Virus record (IMG/VR): IMGVR_UViG_2675903469_000006
Span: 1 to 6,993 of that record
DNA length: 6,993 bases
Strand: one strand, 5' to 3'
Source: a virus
Taxonomy: Duplodnaviria > Heunggongvirae > Uroviricota > Caudoviricetes
This document shows positions 1 to 6,912 of the stretch, piece after piece. Position numbers and translations under genes: made by a program. The notes under the pieces are model-generated. The model was not told the DNA's origin. It saw only the letters and a program-made list of their open reading frames with translations, and ran no database searches. Each line of letters opens with the position of its first letter. Positions within the stretch are counted from its first letter, which is position 1.

Positions 1-142
1 CCCCTATTAGCGGTTACCAGCGCCCCACCAGACCCGGTGACATCACCCCCCGGATCATGGACGACTGGGGGCAGTAATCATGCCGGGTCTGGCTGGCTAA
101 CACCCCATTATAAGGGGTACGAATAAAGTAACGGGGCGGGAT

Positions 143-340
143 ATGTATCAGATGGAAAAAATATCAACAGGCATTGCCTACGGCACCTCCGCCGGCAGTG
201 CCGGCTACTGGTTTTTGCAGTGGTTGGATCAGGTCAGTCCATCACAGTGGGCTGCGATTGGTGTGCTGGGAAGTCTGCTTCTGGGGCTTCTGACTTATCT
301 GACGAATCTGTATTTCAAAATAAGAGAAGATAAGCGTAAG
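143..340 (+). pseudogene. S: Class II holin (phage 21 S21-like pinholin), N-terminal fragment truncated by IS2 insertion
   Basis: ATG at 143 with a second in-frame ATG at 152 ([10 protein letters not shown]...). The translation [63 protein letters not shown] closely matches the phage 21 S21 pinholin as I recall it. The reading frame runs straight into the IS2 terminal inverted repeat at 341, and the track ORF 143..427 is the resulting chimeric read-through. Confidence 0.85.
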
Positions 341-381
341 TGGATTTGCCCCTATATTTCCAGACATCTGTTATCACTTAA
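341..381. repeat. IS2 terminal inverted repeat (right end, IRR)
   Basis: Imperfect inverted repeat partner of 1631..1671, seen directly in the sequence. Confidence 0.8.
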
Positions 382-1257
382 CCCATTACAAGCCCGCTGC
401 CGCAGATATTCCCGTGGCGAGCGATAACCCAGCGCACTATGCGGATGCCATTCGTTATAATGCTCGAACGCCTCTGCAAGGTTCTTTGCTGCCGTTAACC
501 CGTCTGGTTTGGGCATGATACTGATGTAGTCACGCTTTATCGTTTTCACGAAGCTCTCTGCTATTCCGTTACTCTCCGGACTCCGCACCGCCGTGTTCTT
601 CGGTTCAAGTCCCAACATCCGGGCGAACTGGCGTGTTTCATTAGCCCGGTAGCATGAACCATTATCCGTCAGCCACTCCACTGGAGACGACGGAAGATCG
701 TTGCCGAAGCGGCGTTCCACCGCTCCCAGCATGACGTCCTGTACTGTTTCACTGTTGAAGCCGCCGGTAGTCACCGCCCAGTGCAGTGCCTCACGATCAC
801 AGCAGTCCAGCGCGAACGTGACACGCAGTCTCTCTCCGTTATCACAGCAGAACTCGAACCCGTCAGAGCACCATCGCTGATTGCTTTCTTTCACGGCCAC
901 TCTGCCTGTATGTGCCCGTTTCGATGGCGGTACAGCAGGTTTTCGCTCAAGCAACAGCGCATTCTGGCGCATGATCCGGTAAACACGTTTGGCATTGATC
1001 GCAGGCATACCATCAAGTTCTGCCTGTCTGCGAAGCAGCGCCCATACCCGACGATAACCATACGTGGGCAGCTCTCCGATAACATGGTGTATACGGAGAA
1101 GCACATCCGTATCATCAGTGTGACGACTGCGGCGGCCATCCATCCAGTCATCGGTTCGTCTGAGAATGACGTGCAACTGCGCACGCGACACCCGGAGACA
1201 ACGGCTGACTAAGCTTACTCCCCATCCCCGGGCAATAAGGGCGCGTGCGCTATCCAC
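352..1257 (-). CDS. insD: IS2 transposase OrfB (InsD), DDE integrase-like catalytic domain
   Basis: 301-aa minus-strand ORF inside the IS2 boundaries. Sequence [21 protein letters not shown]...[11 protein letters not shown]...[19 protein letters not shown] is typical of IS3-family OrfB. It overlaps OrfA in the -1 frame. Confidence 0.95.
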
Positions 1258-1580
1258 TTTTTTGCCCGTCCATATTCAACGGCTTCTTTGAGGAGTTCAT
1301 TTTCCATCGTTTTCTTGCCGAGCAGGCGCTGGAGTTCTTTAATCTGCTTCATGGCGGCAGCAAGTTCAGAGGCAGGAACAACCTGTTCTCCGGCGGCGAC
1401 AGCAGTAAGACTTCCTTCCTGGTATTGCTTACGCCAGAGAAATAACTGGCTGGCTGCTACACCATGTTGCCGGGCAACGAGGGAGACCGTCATCCCCGGT
1501 TCAAAGCTCTGCTGAACAATTGCGATCTTTTCCTGTGTGGTACGCCGTCTGCGTTTCTCCGGCCCTAAGACATCAATCAT
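1215..1580 (-). CDS. insC: IS2 transposase OrfA (InsC), helix-turn-helix DNA-binding subunit
   Basis: 121-aa [44 protein letters not shown]... The track ORF begins 15 codons earlier at 1625, but that extension lies inside the terminal inverted repeat; the internal ATG at 1578..1580 gives the canonical 121-aa product. Confidence 0.9.
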
Positions 1581-1630
1581 CTGTACTCCAATGACTAGTC
1601 TAAAAACTAGTATTAAGACTATCACTTATT

Positions 1631-1671
1631 TAAGTGATACTGGTTGTCTGGAGATTCAGGGGGCCAGTCTA
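1631..1671. repeat. IS2 terminal inverted repeat (left end, IRL)
   Basis: Reverse complement matches 341..381 with a few mismatches. Confidence 0.8.
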
Positions 1672-1672
1672 A

Positions 1673-1693
1673 NNNNNNNNNNNNNNNNNNNNN
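1673..1693. other. Assembly gap (run of 21 N)
   Basis: Twenty-one consecutive ambiguous bases immediately after the IS2 end: a scaffold join, not biological sequence. Confidence 0.99.
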
Positions 1694-1797
1694 CGATTGG
1701 TGTGCTGGGAAGTCTGCTTCTGGGGCTTCTGACTTATCTGACAAATCTGTATTTCAAAATAAGAGAAGACAAGCGTAAGGCTGCGAGAGGTGAATAA
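1694..1797 (+). pseudogene. S: Class II holin (S21-like pinholin), C-terminal fragment resuming after the gap
   Basis: In-frame translation [33 protein letters not shown] followed by a stop (TAA 1795..1797), matching the S21 C-terminus. The first 85 bp near-duplicate 256..340 with 2 mismatches. Confidence 0.8.
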
Positions 1798-2294
1798 TGT
1801 CGCCATCATTACGCAAGGCTGTTGCAGCTGCTATTGGTGGTGGGGCTGTTGCTATAGCATCTGTGTTAATCACTGGCCCAGGTGGTAACGATGGTCTGGA
1901 AGGTGTCAGCTACATACCATACAAAGATATCATTGGTGTATGGACTGTATGTCACGGACACACCGGAAAAGACATCATGCTCGGTAAAACGTATACCGAA
2001 GCAGAATGCAAAGCCCTCCTGAATAAAGACCTTGCCACTGTCGCCAGACAAATTAACCCGTACATCAAAGTCGATATACCGGAAACAACGCGCGGCGCTC
2101 TTTACTCGTTCGTTTACAACGTGGGCGCTGGCAATTTCAGAACATCGACGCTTCTTCGCAAAATAAACCAGGGCGATATCAAAGGCGCATGTGACCAGCT
2201 ACGTCGCTGGACATATGCTGGCGGTAAGCAATGGAAAGGGCTGATGACCCGTCGTGAGATTGAGCGTGAAGTCTGTTTGTGGGGGCAGCAATGA
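1797..2294 (+). CDS. R: SAR endolysin (phage 21 R21-like lysozyme, glycoside hydrolase family 24)
   Basis: 165-aa ORF whose ATG overlaps the holin stop (TAATG). The Gly/Ala-rich N-terminus [30 protein letters not shown] is typical of a signal-anchor-release domain, followed by lysozyme-like sequence ([11 protein letters not shown]...[12 protein letters not shown]) very similar to R21 as recalled. Confidence 0.93.
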   Translation: MSPSLRKAVAAAIGGGAVAIASVLITGPGGNDGLEGVSYIPYKDIIGVWTVCHGHTGKDIMLGKTYTEAECKALLNKDLATVARQINPYIKVDIPETTRGALYSFVYNVGAGNFRTSTLLRKINQGDIKGACDQLRRWTYAGGKQWKGLMTRREIEREVCLWGQQ

Positions 2295-2755
2295 GCAGAG
2301 TCACCGCGATTATCTCCGCTCTGGTTATCTGCATCATCGTCTGCCTGTCATGGGCTGTTAATCATTACCGTGATAACGCCATTACCTACAAAGAGCAGCG
2401 CGACAAAAACGCAAGAGAACTGAAGCTGGCGAACGCAACCATTACTGACATGCAGCAGAGACAGCGTGATGTTAATGCACTCGATGCTAAATACACGAAG
2501 GAGTTAGCTGATGCGAAAGCTGAAAATGAAACTCTGCGCGCTGATGTTGCCGCTGGTCGTCGTCGGTTGCACATCAAAGCAGTCTGTCAGTCAGTGCGTG
2601 AAGCCACCACCGCCTCCGGCGTGGATAATGCAACCAGCCCCCGACTGGCAGACACCGCTGAACGGGATTATTTCACCCTCAGAGAGCGGCTGATGACGAT
2701 GCAGATGCAACTGGAAGGGGCACAGGAGTATATCCGCACTCAGTGCATTAAGTAG
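2291..2755 (+). CDS. Rz: Rz inner-membrane spanin (i-spanin)
   Basis: The ATG at 2291 overlaps the endolysin stop (ATGA). The product [60 protein letters not shown]... has an N-terminal transmembrane helix followed by coiled-coil sequence and is near-identical to lambda Rz as recalled. The track's GTG start at 2279 is less likely. Confidence 0.9.
   Translation: MSRVTAIISALVICIIVCLSWAVNHYRDNAITYKEQRDKNARELKLANATITDMQQRQRDVNALDAKYTKELADAKAENETLRADVAAGRRRLHIKAVCQSVREATTASGVDNATSPRLADTAERDYFTLRERLMTMQMQLEGAQEYIRTQCIK
2511..2693 (+). CDS. Rz1: Rz1 outer-membrane lipoprotein spanin (o-spanin), embedded in the +1 frame of Rz
   Basis: 60-aa ORF lying wholly inside Rz in another frame: [60 protein letters not shown]. 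It has a lipobox (LVVVGC) and a proline-rich stretch, matching lambda Rz1 as recalled. Confidence 0.85.
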   Translation: MRKLKMKLCALMLPLVVVGCTSKQSVSQCVKPPPPPAWIMQPAPDWQTPLNGIISPSESG

Positions 2756-2797
2756 CCTTTTTATCGTGGTAAACATTTCGCAGGGTATGAGGTATTT

Positions 2798-3148
2798 ATG
2801 CCATCACTAATCCCACGTGCCTGCCGTAAGCGTGGATGTGCAGGTACAACCACAGACAGTTCGGGTTACTGCGATAAACATCGCGGTGAAGGCTGGGTGC
2901 AGCACCAGCGCGGACTGAGCCGCCACCAGCGTGGCTATGGCTCAAAATGGACGGTGATTCGTGCCCGTATTCTGAAGCGCGATAAAGGTCTGTGTCAGTT
3001 GTGTCTGCGTGTCGGTGTGGTGAGCGAGGCGAAAACCGTCGACCACATCATCCCGAAAGCGCATGGCGGAACAGACGCAGACAGCAACCTGCAGAGTCTG
3101 TGCTGGCCCTGCCATAAAGCGAAAACAGCGCGCGAACGAATCCGGTGA
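2798..3148 (+). CDS. HNH endonuclease (phage packaging-associated; HK97 gp74-like position)
   Basis: 116-aa ORF with GAGG (2789..2792) 5 nt upstream of the ATG. It carries HNH and zinc-binding signatures (C-x2-C ... DHIIPKAHGG ... N ... CWPCH) and sits immediately upstream of the terminase small subunit. Confidence 0.85.
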   Translation: MPSLIPRACRKRGCAGTTTDSSGYCDKHRGEGWVQHQRGLSRHQRGYGSKWTVIRARILKRDKGLCQLCLRVGVVSEAKTVDHIIPKAHGGTDADSNLQSLCWPCHKAKTARERIR

Positions 3149-3166
3149 TAATTATTCTCACTTGTA

Positions 3167-3230
3167 GGGAGGGGCGGGGCAAATCCCTGTGACCTGACGT
3201 CTTCCGGACTGCCCGCCCCATCGTTTTTTT
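3167..3230. other. GC-rich inverted repeat followed by a T7 run in the HNH-terS intergenic region; candidate cos/packaging site or terminator-like hairpin
   Basis: GGGGCGGGGCA (3171..3181) pairs with TGCCCGCCCC (3210..3219) with one bulge, across a loop of about 28 nt, followed by ATCG and TTTTTTT (3224..3230). It lies exactly where HK97-like phages place cos. Any function is inference. Confidence 0.4.
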
Positions 3231-3269
3231 ATACCCGCGAAAAATGAAATTTAACCAGGAGTGCCGCAT

Positions 3270-3764
3270 ATGGCTGGAACGGCGGGGCGTTCCGGGCGTC
3301 GCCCCAAGCCAACGGCGCGCAAGGCGCTGGCCGGAAACCCCGGCAAGCGAGCCCTGAACAAAGATGAACCTGTTTTTACGCCCATCAAAGGTGTTGAGCC
3401 ACCAGAGTGGTTCGCTGAAGAAGATCTCCCTCTCGCCACGATCATGTGGCAACTGACAACCAAAGAACTCTGCGGTCAGGGCCTGCTGTGCGTGACTGAC
3501 CTGGCGGTACTTGAGCGGTGGTGCGTGGCCTATGAGTTCTGGCGACGTGCCGTGAAAAATATTGCCATACAGGGCAACACCATCACCGGTGCAATGGGCG
3601 GCAGGGTCAAAAATCCGGAGCTGACCGCCAAAAAAGAACAGGAGTCCGAGATGAGCAGCACGGGGGCAATGCTCGGACTCGACCCCAGCAGCCGCCAGCG
3701 TCTGATTGGCCTGGCGGGGCAGAAGAAAGCCACTAACCCGTTTCTGAAAATTATCGAATCATGA
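3270..3764 (+). CDS. Terminase small subunit (P27 family / Terminase_4-like)
   Basis: AGGAG (3257..3261) lies 8 nt upstream of ATG 3270; the track's GTG at 3261 is too close to that site. [34 protein letters not shown]... contains the GNPGKR motif typical of P27-family small terminases. The stop overlaps the terL start (ATGA). Confidence 0.85.
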   Translation: MAGTAGRSGRRPKPTARKALAGNPGKRALNKDEPVFTPIKGVEPPEWFAEEDLPLATIMWQLTTKELCGQGLLCVTDLAVLERWCVAYEFWRRAVKNIAIQGNTITGAMGGRVKNPELTAKKEQESEMSSTGAMLGLDPSSRQRLIGLAGQKKATNPFLKIIES

Positions 3765-5494
3765 GCCGGAAATCTTACCCCAACGTAAATGCTGCAAATC
3801 AGTATGCCCGGGATGTCGTGCGCGGAAAGATTGTTGCCTGCCAGTTTGTGATTCAGGCCTGCCAGCGCCATCTTGATGACCTGATGGCGGAAAAAAGTAA
3901 GTCGTTTCGTTACCGCTTCGACAAGGACCTGGCTGAACGGGCCGCGAAATTTATTCAGCTGTTGCCGCACACCAAGGGGGAGTGGGCATTCAAACGGATG
4001 CCCATCACGCTGGAGCCGTGGCAGCTATTTGTGATCTGCTGTGCGTTTGGCTGGGTCAATAAAGGCACCCGGTTGCGCCGCTTCCGGGAGGTGTACACCG
4101 AAATCCCCCGTAAGAACGGCAAATCAGCAATCTCTGCCGGTGTTGCCCTGTATTGTTTTGCCTGTGATAACGAGTTTGGCGCGGAAGTGTATTCCGGTGC
4201 CACGACAGAGAAACAGGCGTGGGAAGTCTTTCGCCCGGCGCGACTGATGTGTAAACGCACACCCATGCTGACGGAAGCGTTCGGGATTGAGGTTAACGCC
4301 TCAAACATGAACCGTCCGGAGGATGGCGCGCGGTTTGAACCGCTGATCGGCAACCCAGGTGATGGTTCATCACCCCACTGTGCCGTGGTTGATGAATATC
4401 ACGAGCATGCCACCGATGCGCTTTATACCACAATGCTTACCGGGATGGGGGCGCGACGTCAGCCACTGATGTGGGCCATCACCACCGCCGGGTACAACAT
4501 TGAGGGGCCGTGCTACGACAAGCGGCGGGAAGTCATCGAGATGCTCAACGGCTCGGTGCCTAACGATGAACTGTTCGGGATCATCTATACCGTTGATGAA
4601 GGTGACGACTGGACCGGCCCGCAGGTGCTGGAAAAAGCCAATCCAAATATTGGCGTGTCGGTTTATCGCGAATTTTTGTTAAGTCAGCAGCAGCGTGCGA
4701 AAAATAACGCCCGTCTGGCAAACGTCTTTAAAACAAAACACCTCAATATCTGGGTGTCGGCGCGTTCGGCGTATTTCAACTTGGTGAGCTGGCAGAGCTG
4801 CGAGGATAAATCACTGACCCTTGAGCAGTTCGAGGGGCAGCCGTGCATTCTGGCCTTTGACCTGGCGCGTAAGCTGGATATGAACAGCATGGCGCGACTT
4901 TATACCCGCGAGATTGACGGTAAAACGCATTACTACAGTGTGGCCCCGCGTTTCTGGGTACCGTATGACACGGTGTACAGCGTCGAGAAAAATGAAGATC
5001 GACGGACAGCCGAACGCTTTCAGAAATGGGTGGAAATGGGCGTTCTGACCGTTACCGATGGTGCGGAGGTGGATTATCGCTACATCCTCGAGGAGGCCAA
5101 AGCGGCGAACAAAATCAGCCCGGTCAGTGAGTCACCCATCGACCCCTTCGGGGCGACCGGGTTGTCACATGACCTTGCTGATGAAGACCTGAATCCCGTC
5201 ACTATCGTCCAGAACTTCACCAATATGTCCGATCCGATGAAAGAGCTGGAAGCAGCGATTGAATCGGGACGTTTTCATCATGACGGCAATCCCATCATGA
5301 CCTGGTGTATCGGCAACGTGGTCGGCAAAAACATGCCGGGTAACGATGATGTGGTGAAACCCGTCAAAGAGCAGGCGGAAAACAAAATCGATGGTGCAGT
5401 TGCGCTGATTATGGCGGTTGGCAGAGCCATGCTGTACGAGAAAGAAGACACGCTGTCTGACCACATTGAGTCCTACGGGATCCGCTCGCTTTAA
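3761..5494 (+). CDS. Terminase large subunit (HK97-like, Terminase_1 family; ATPase plus nuclease)
   Basis: 577-aa ORF translationally coupled to terS, with a Walker A-like motif (IPRKNGKS) and a long conserved C-terminal region. It is the largest ORF in the window and sits in the canonical position. Confidence 0.93.
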   Translation: MSRKSYPNVNAANQYARDVVRGKIVACQFVIQACQRHLDDLMAEKSKSFRYRFDKDLAERAAKFIQLLPHTKGEWAFKRMPITLEPWQLFVICCAFGWVNKGTRLRRFREVYTEIPRKNGKSAISAGVALYCFACDNEFGAEVYSGATTEKQAWEVFRPARLMCKRTPMLTEAFGIEVNASNMNRPEDGARFEPLIGNPGDGSSPHCAVVDEYHEHATDALYTTMLTGMGARRQPLMWAITTAGYNIEGPCYDKRREVIEMLNGSVPNDELFGIIYTVDEGDDWTGPQVLEKANPNIGVSVYREFLLSQQQRAKNNARLANVFKTKHLNIWVSARSAYFNLVSWQSCEDKSLTLEQFEGQPCILAFDLARKLDMNSMARLYTREIDGKTHYYSVAPRFWVPYDTVYSVEKNEDRRTAERFQKWVEMGVLTVTDGAEVDYRYILEEAKAANKISPVSESPIDPFGATGLSHDLADEDLNPVTIVQNFTNMSDPMKELEAAIESGRFHHDGNPIMTWCIGNVVGKNMPGNDDVVKPVKEQAENKIDGAVALIMAVGRAMLYEKEDTLSDHIESYGIRSL

Positions 5495-5505
5495 CTGAGG
5501 TAATT

Positions 5506-5688
5506 ATGATCATGCTGATTCTCGCGCCTCTGGTGGGCGTGCTGGGTGCGCTTTTGCTGGCGTATGGTGCCTGGCTGATTTATCCCCCGGCGGGTTTTGT
5601 TGTTGCCGGGGCGCTGTGCCTGTTCTGGTCGTGGCTGGTGGCGCGATATCTCGACCGTACACGGCAGTCTGTCGGCGGAGGTAAATAG
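5506..5688 (+). CDS. Small hypothetical membrane protein (about 60 aa, two predicted transmembrane helices)
   Basis: GAGG (5497..5500) lies 5 nt upstream of ATG 5506. [60 protein letters not shown] is highly hydrophobic with a basic C-terminus. Its stop TAG overlaps the GTG of the following portal frame (TAGTG). No family assignment possible from sequence alone. Confidence 0.5.
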   Translation: MIMLILAPLVGVLGALLLAYGAWLIYPPAGFVVAGALCLFWSWLVARYLDRTRQSVGGGK

Positions 5689-6844
5689 TGTTCTTTTCGG
5701 GATTATTTCAACGAAAAAGCGATGTGCCGGTGACCACGCCAGCAGAACTGCTGATGCTATCGGGCTGTCATACGACACCTATACCGGAAAGCGGATCAGT
5801 AGCCAGCGGGCCATGCGCCTGACGGCGGTCTATTCTTGCGTCAGGGTGCTGGCAGAGTCTGTTGGTATGCTGCCCTGCAGTCTCTACAAAATCAGCGGTA
5901 CCCTGAAAACACGGGCGGTGGATGAACGACTGCATAAGTTGGTTTCGGCAAAACCTAATGGCTACATGACACCGCAGGAATTCTGGGAGCTGGTTATTGT
6001 CTGCCTGTGTCTACGGGGGAATTTTTACGCCTACAAGGTAAAGGCACTGGGAGAAGTGGTGGAGCTTCTTCCGATAGATCCGGGCTGTGTGGAACCGAAG
6101 CTGAACAGCCAGTGGCAGCCGGTTTATCAGGTGACGTTTCCGGATGGTTCCGTGGATGTGTTGACCCAGAATGAAATCTGGCATGTGCGCACCCTGACGC
6201 TGGATGGACTTGTCGGGCTGAATCCCATTGCGTATGCGCGTGAGGCCATTTCACTGGCAGCGGCAACCGAGGAGCACGGTGCCAGGTTGTTTAGTAATGG
6301 TGCGGTGACATCCGGTGTGTTGCGTACGGAACAAAAGCTCACGCCGGATGCTTACGAGCGTCTGAAGAAAGATTTTGAGGAGTGTCACACGGGGCTTGGC
6401 AATGCTCACCGCCCGATGATTCTGGAAATGGGGCTGGACTGGAAGTCGATGGCGCTGAACGCCGAGGACAGTCAGTTCCTGGAAACCCGCAAGTTTCAGC
6501 TGGAAGAAATCTGTCGTCTGTTCCGGGTGCCGTTGCACATGGTGCAGAACACCGATCGCGCCACCTTCAACAATATCGAAGAGCTGGGGCTGGGATTTAT
6601 CAACTATTCACTGGTGCCGTATCTGACCCGCATCGAACAGCGGATCAACACCGGACTGGTACGAAAAAGTAAGCAGGGCGTTTATTACGCCAAATTTAAC
6701 GCCGGGGCGTTACTGCGCGGGGATATGAAGTCCCGTTTTGAAGCCTACGCCACCGGGATCAACTGGGGAATTTACTCTTCCAATGACTGCCGCGACCTGG
6801 AAGATATGAATCCGCGTCCCGGTGGTGTAATGCCGATCAGTTAA
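5688..6844 (+). CDS. Portal protein (HK97 family), apparently frameshifted near the 5' end and 3'-truncated by IS4
   Basis: The long frame (track 5597..6844) carries a portal-like core (AMRLTAVYSCVRVLAESVGMLP ... through the C-terminus). The only convincing start is the GTG at 5688, with GGAGG at 5677..5681, but it is in a different frame: MFFSGLFQRKSDVPVTTPAEL reads on to a stop at 5820..5822. The conserved frame has no plausible start before M at 5813. The last five codons (VMPIS, then stop) are encoded by the putative IS4 end. Confidence 0.8.
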
Positions 6845-6876
6845 GGATCAGTTGACCGATCCAGTGGCTGTGTAAG

Positions 6877-6912
6877 AATCCGGAAACGCTCACTTGTTTC
6901 CGGATTTTTTTA
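6877..6912 (+). terminator. Hairpin plus T-run (rho-independent terminator-like) just upstream of the IS4 transposase start
   Basis: AATCCGGAAAC (6877..6887), loop GCTCACTT, then GTTTCCGGATT (6896..6906) running into TTTTTTT. It may shield the transposase from read-through transcription. Confidence 0.45.

Larger units (their letters stand above)
341..1671 (-). mobile_element. IS2 (IS3 family), complete 1331-bp copy
   Basis: The ends are imperfect inverted repeats of about 41 bp: TGGATTTGCCCCTATATTTCCAGACATCTGTTATCACTTAA at 341 and, reverse-complemented at 1631..1671, TAGACTGGCCCCCTGAATCTCCAGACAACCAGTATCACTTAA. It holds two overlapping minus-strand ORFs (121 aa and 301 aa) with an A6G slippery site in the overlap, and its length is 1331 bp, as expected for IS2. 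Confidence 0.95.

Noticed and set aside
143-427. Track ORF of 94 aa reading from the holin start into IS2
   Set aside because: It is a chimera: after codon KRK at 340 the translation continues into the IS2 terminal inverted repeat. Only 143..340 is holin.
781-1515. ORFs 781..1212 (+), 891..1184 (-), 1245..1445 (+) and 1288..1515 (+) inside IS2
   Set aside because: They are antisense or alternate-frame to the well-supported insC/insD genes, with no recognisable domains or ribosome-binding sites: chance ORFs.
1581-1625. Extended N-terminus of insC starting at 1625
   Set aside because: The extra 15 codons lie within the IS2 terminal inverted repeat. The canonical 121-aa OrfA starts at the internal ATG (1578..1580).
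1537-1797. Track ORF of 86 aa spanning the N run
   Set aside because: It reads through IS2 end sequence and 21 ambiguous bases (X residues). Only the portion after the gap (1694..1797) is meaningful, as the holin C-terminus.
1866-2776. Minus-strand ORFs 1866..2051, 2386..2577 and 2591..2776
   Set aside because: They lie fully antisense to the endolysin and Rz/Rz1 genes and have low-complexity, Cys/Ser-rich translations typical of non-coding frames.
3171-3230. The HNH-terS inverted repeat as a simple intrinsic terminator
   Set aside because: The loop is about 28 nt and a 4-nt spacer precedes the T-run, which is atypical for a rho-independent terminator. It is kept as a candidate cos/regulatory structure.
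3048-5778. Minus-strand ORFs overlapping HNH, terS, terL and the small ORF (3048..3452, 3251..3463, 3530..3970, 3955..4353, 4056..4262, 4684..4890, 5165..5464, 5278..5466, 5491..5778), plus alternate plus-frame ORFs 4041..4247 and 4500..4682
   Set aside because: All are embedded in or antisense to strongly supported coding regions. Their Arg/Cys/Ser-rich translations are typical of out-of-frame reading of GC-rich coding DNA.
5597-5812. ATG at 5597 as the portal start (track ORF start)
   Set aside because: It would overlap the small membrane ORF by about 90 nt, has no ribosome-binding site, and its first 50 residues ([17 protein letters not shown]...) look like out-of-frame translation. The GTG at 5688 with a frameshift is the more parsimonious model.
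5994-6672. ORFs 5994..6266 (-), 6127..6342 (-), 6251..6538 (-) and 6382..6672 (+) within the portal gene
   Set aside because: They are alternate-frame or antisense ORFs inside the conserved portal coding region, with no independent support.
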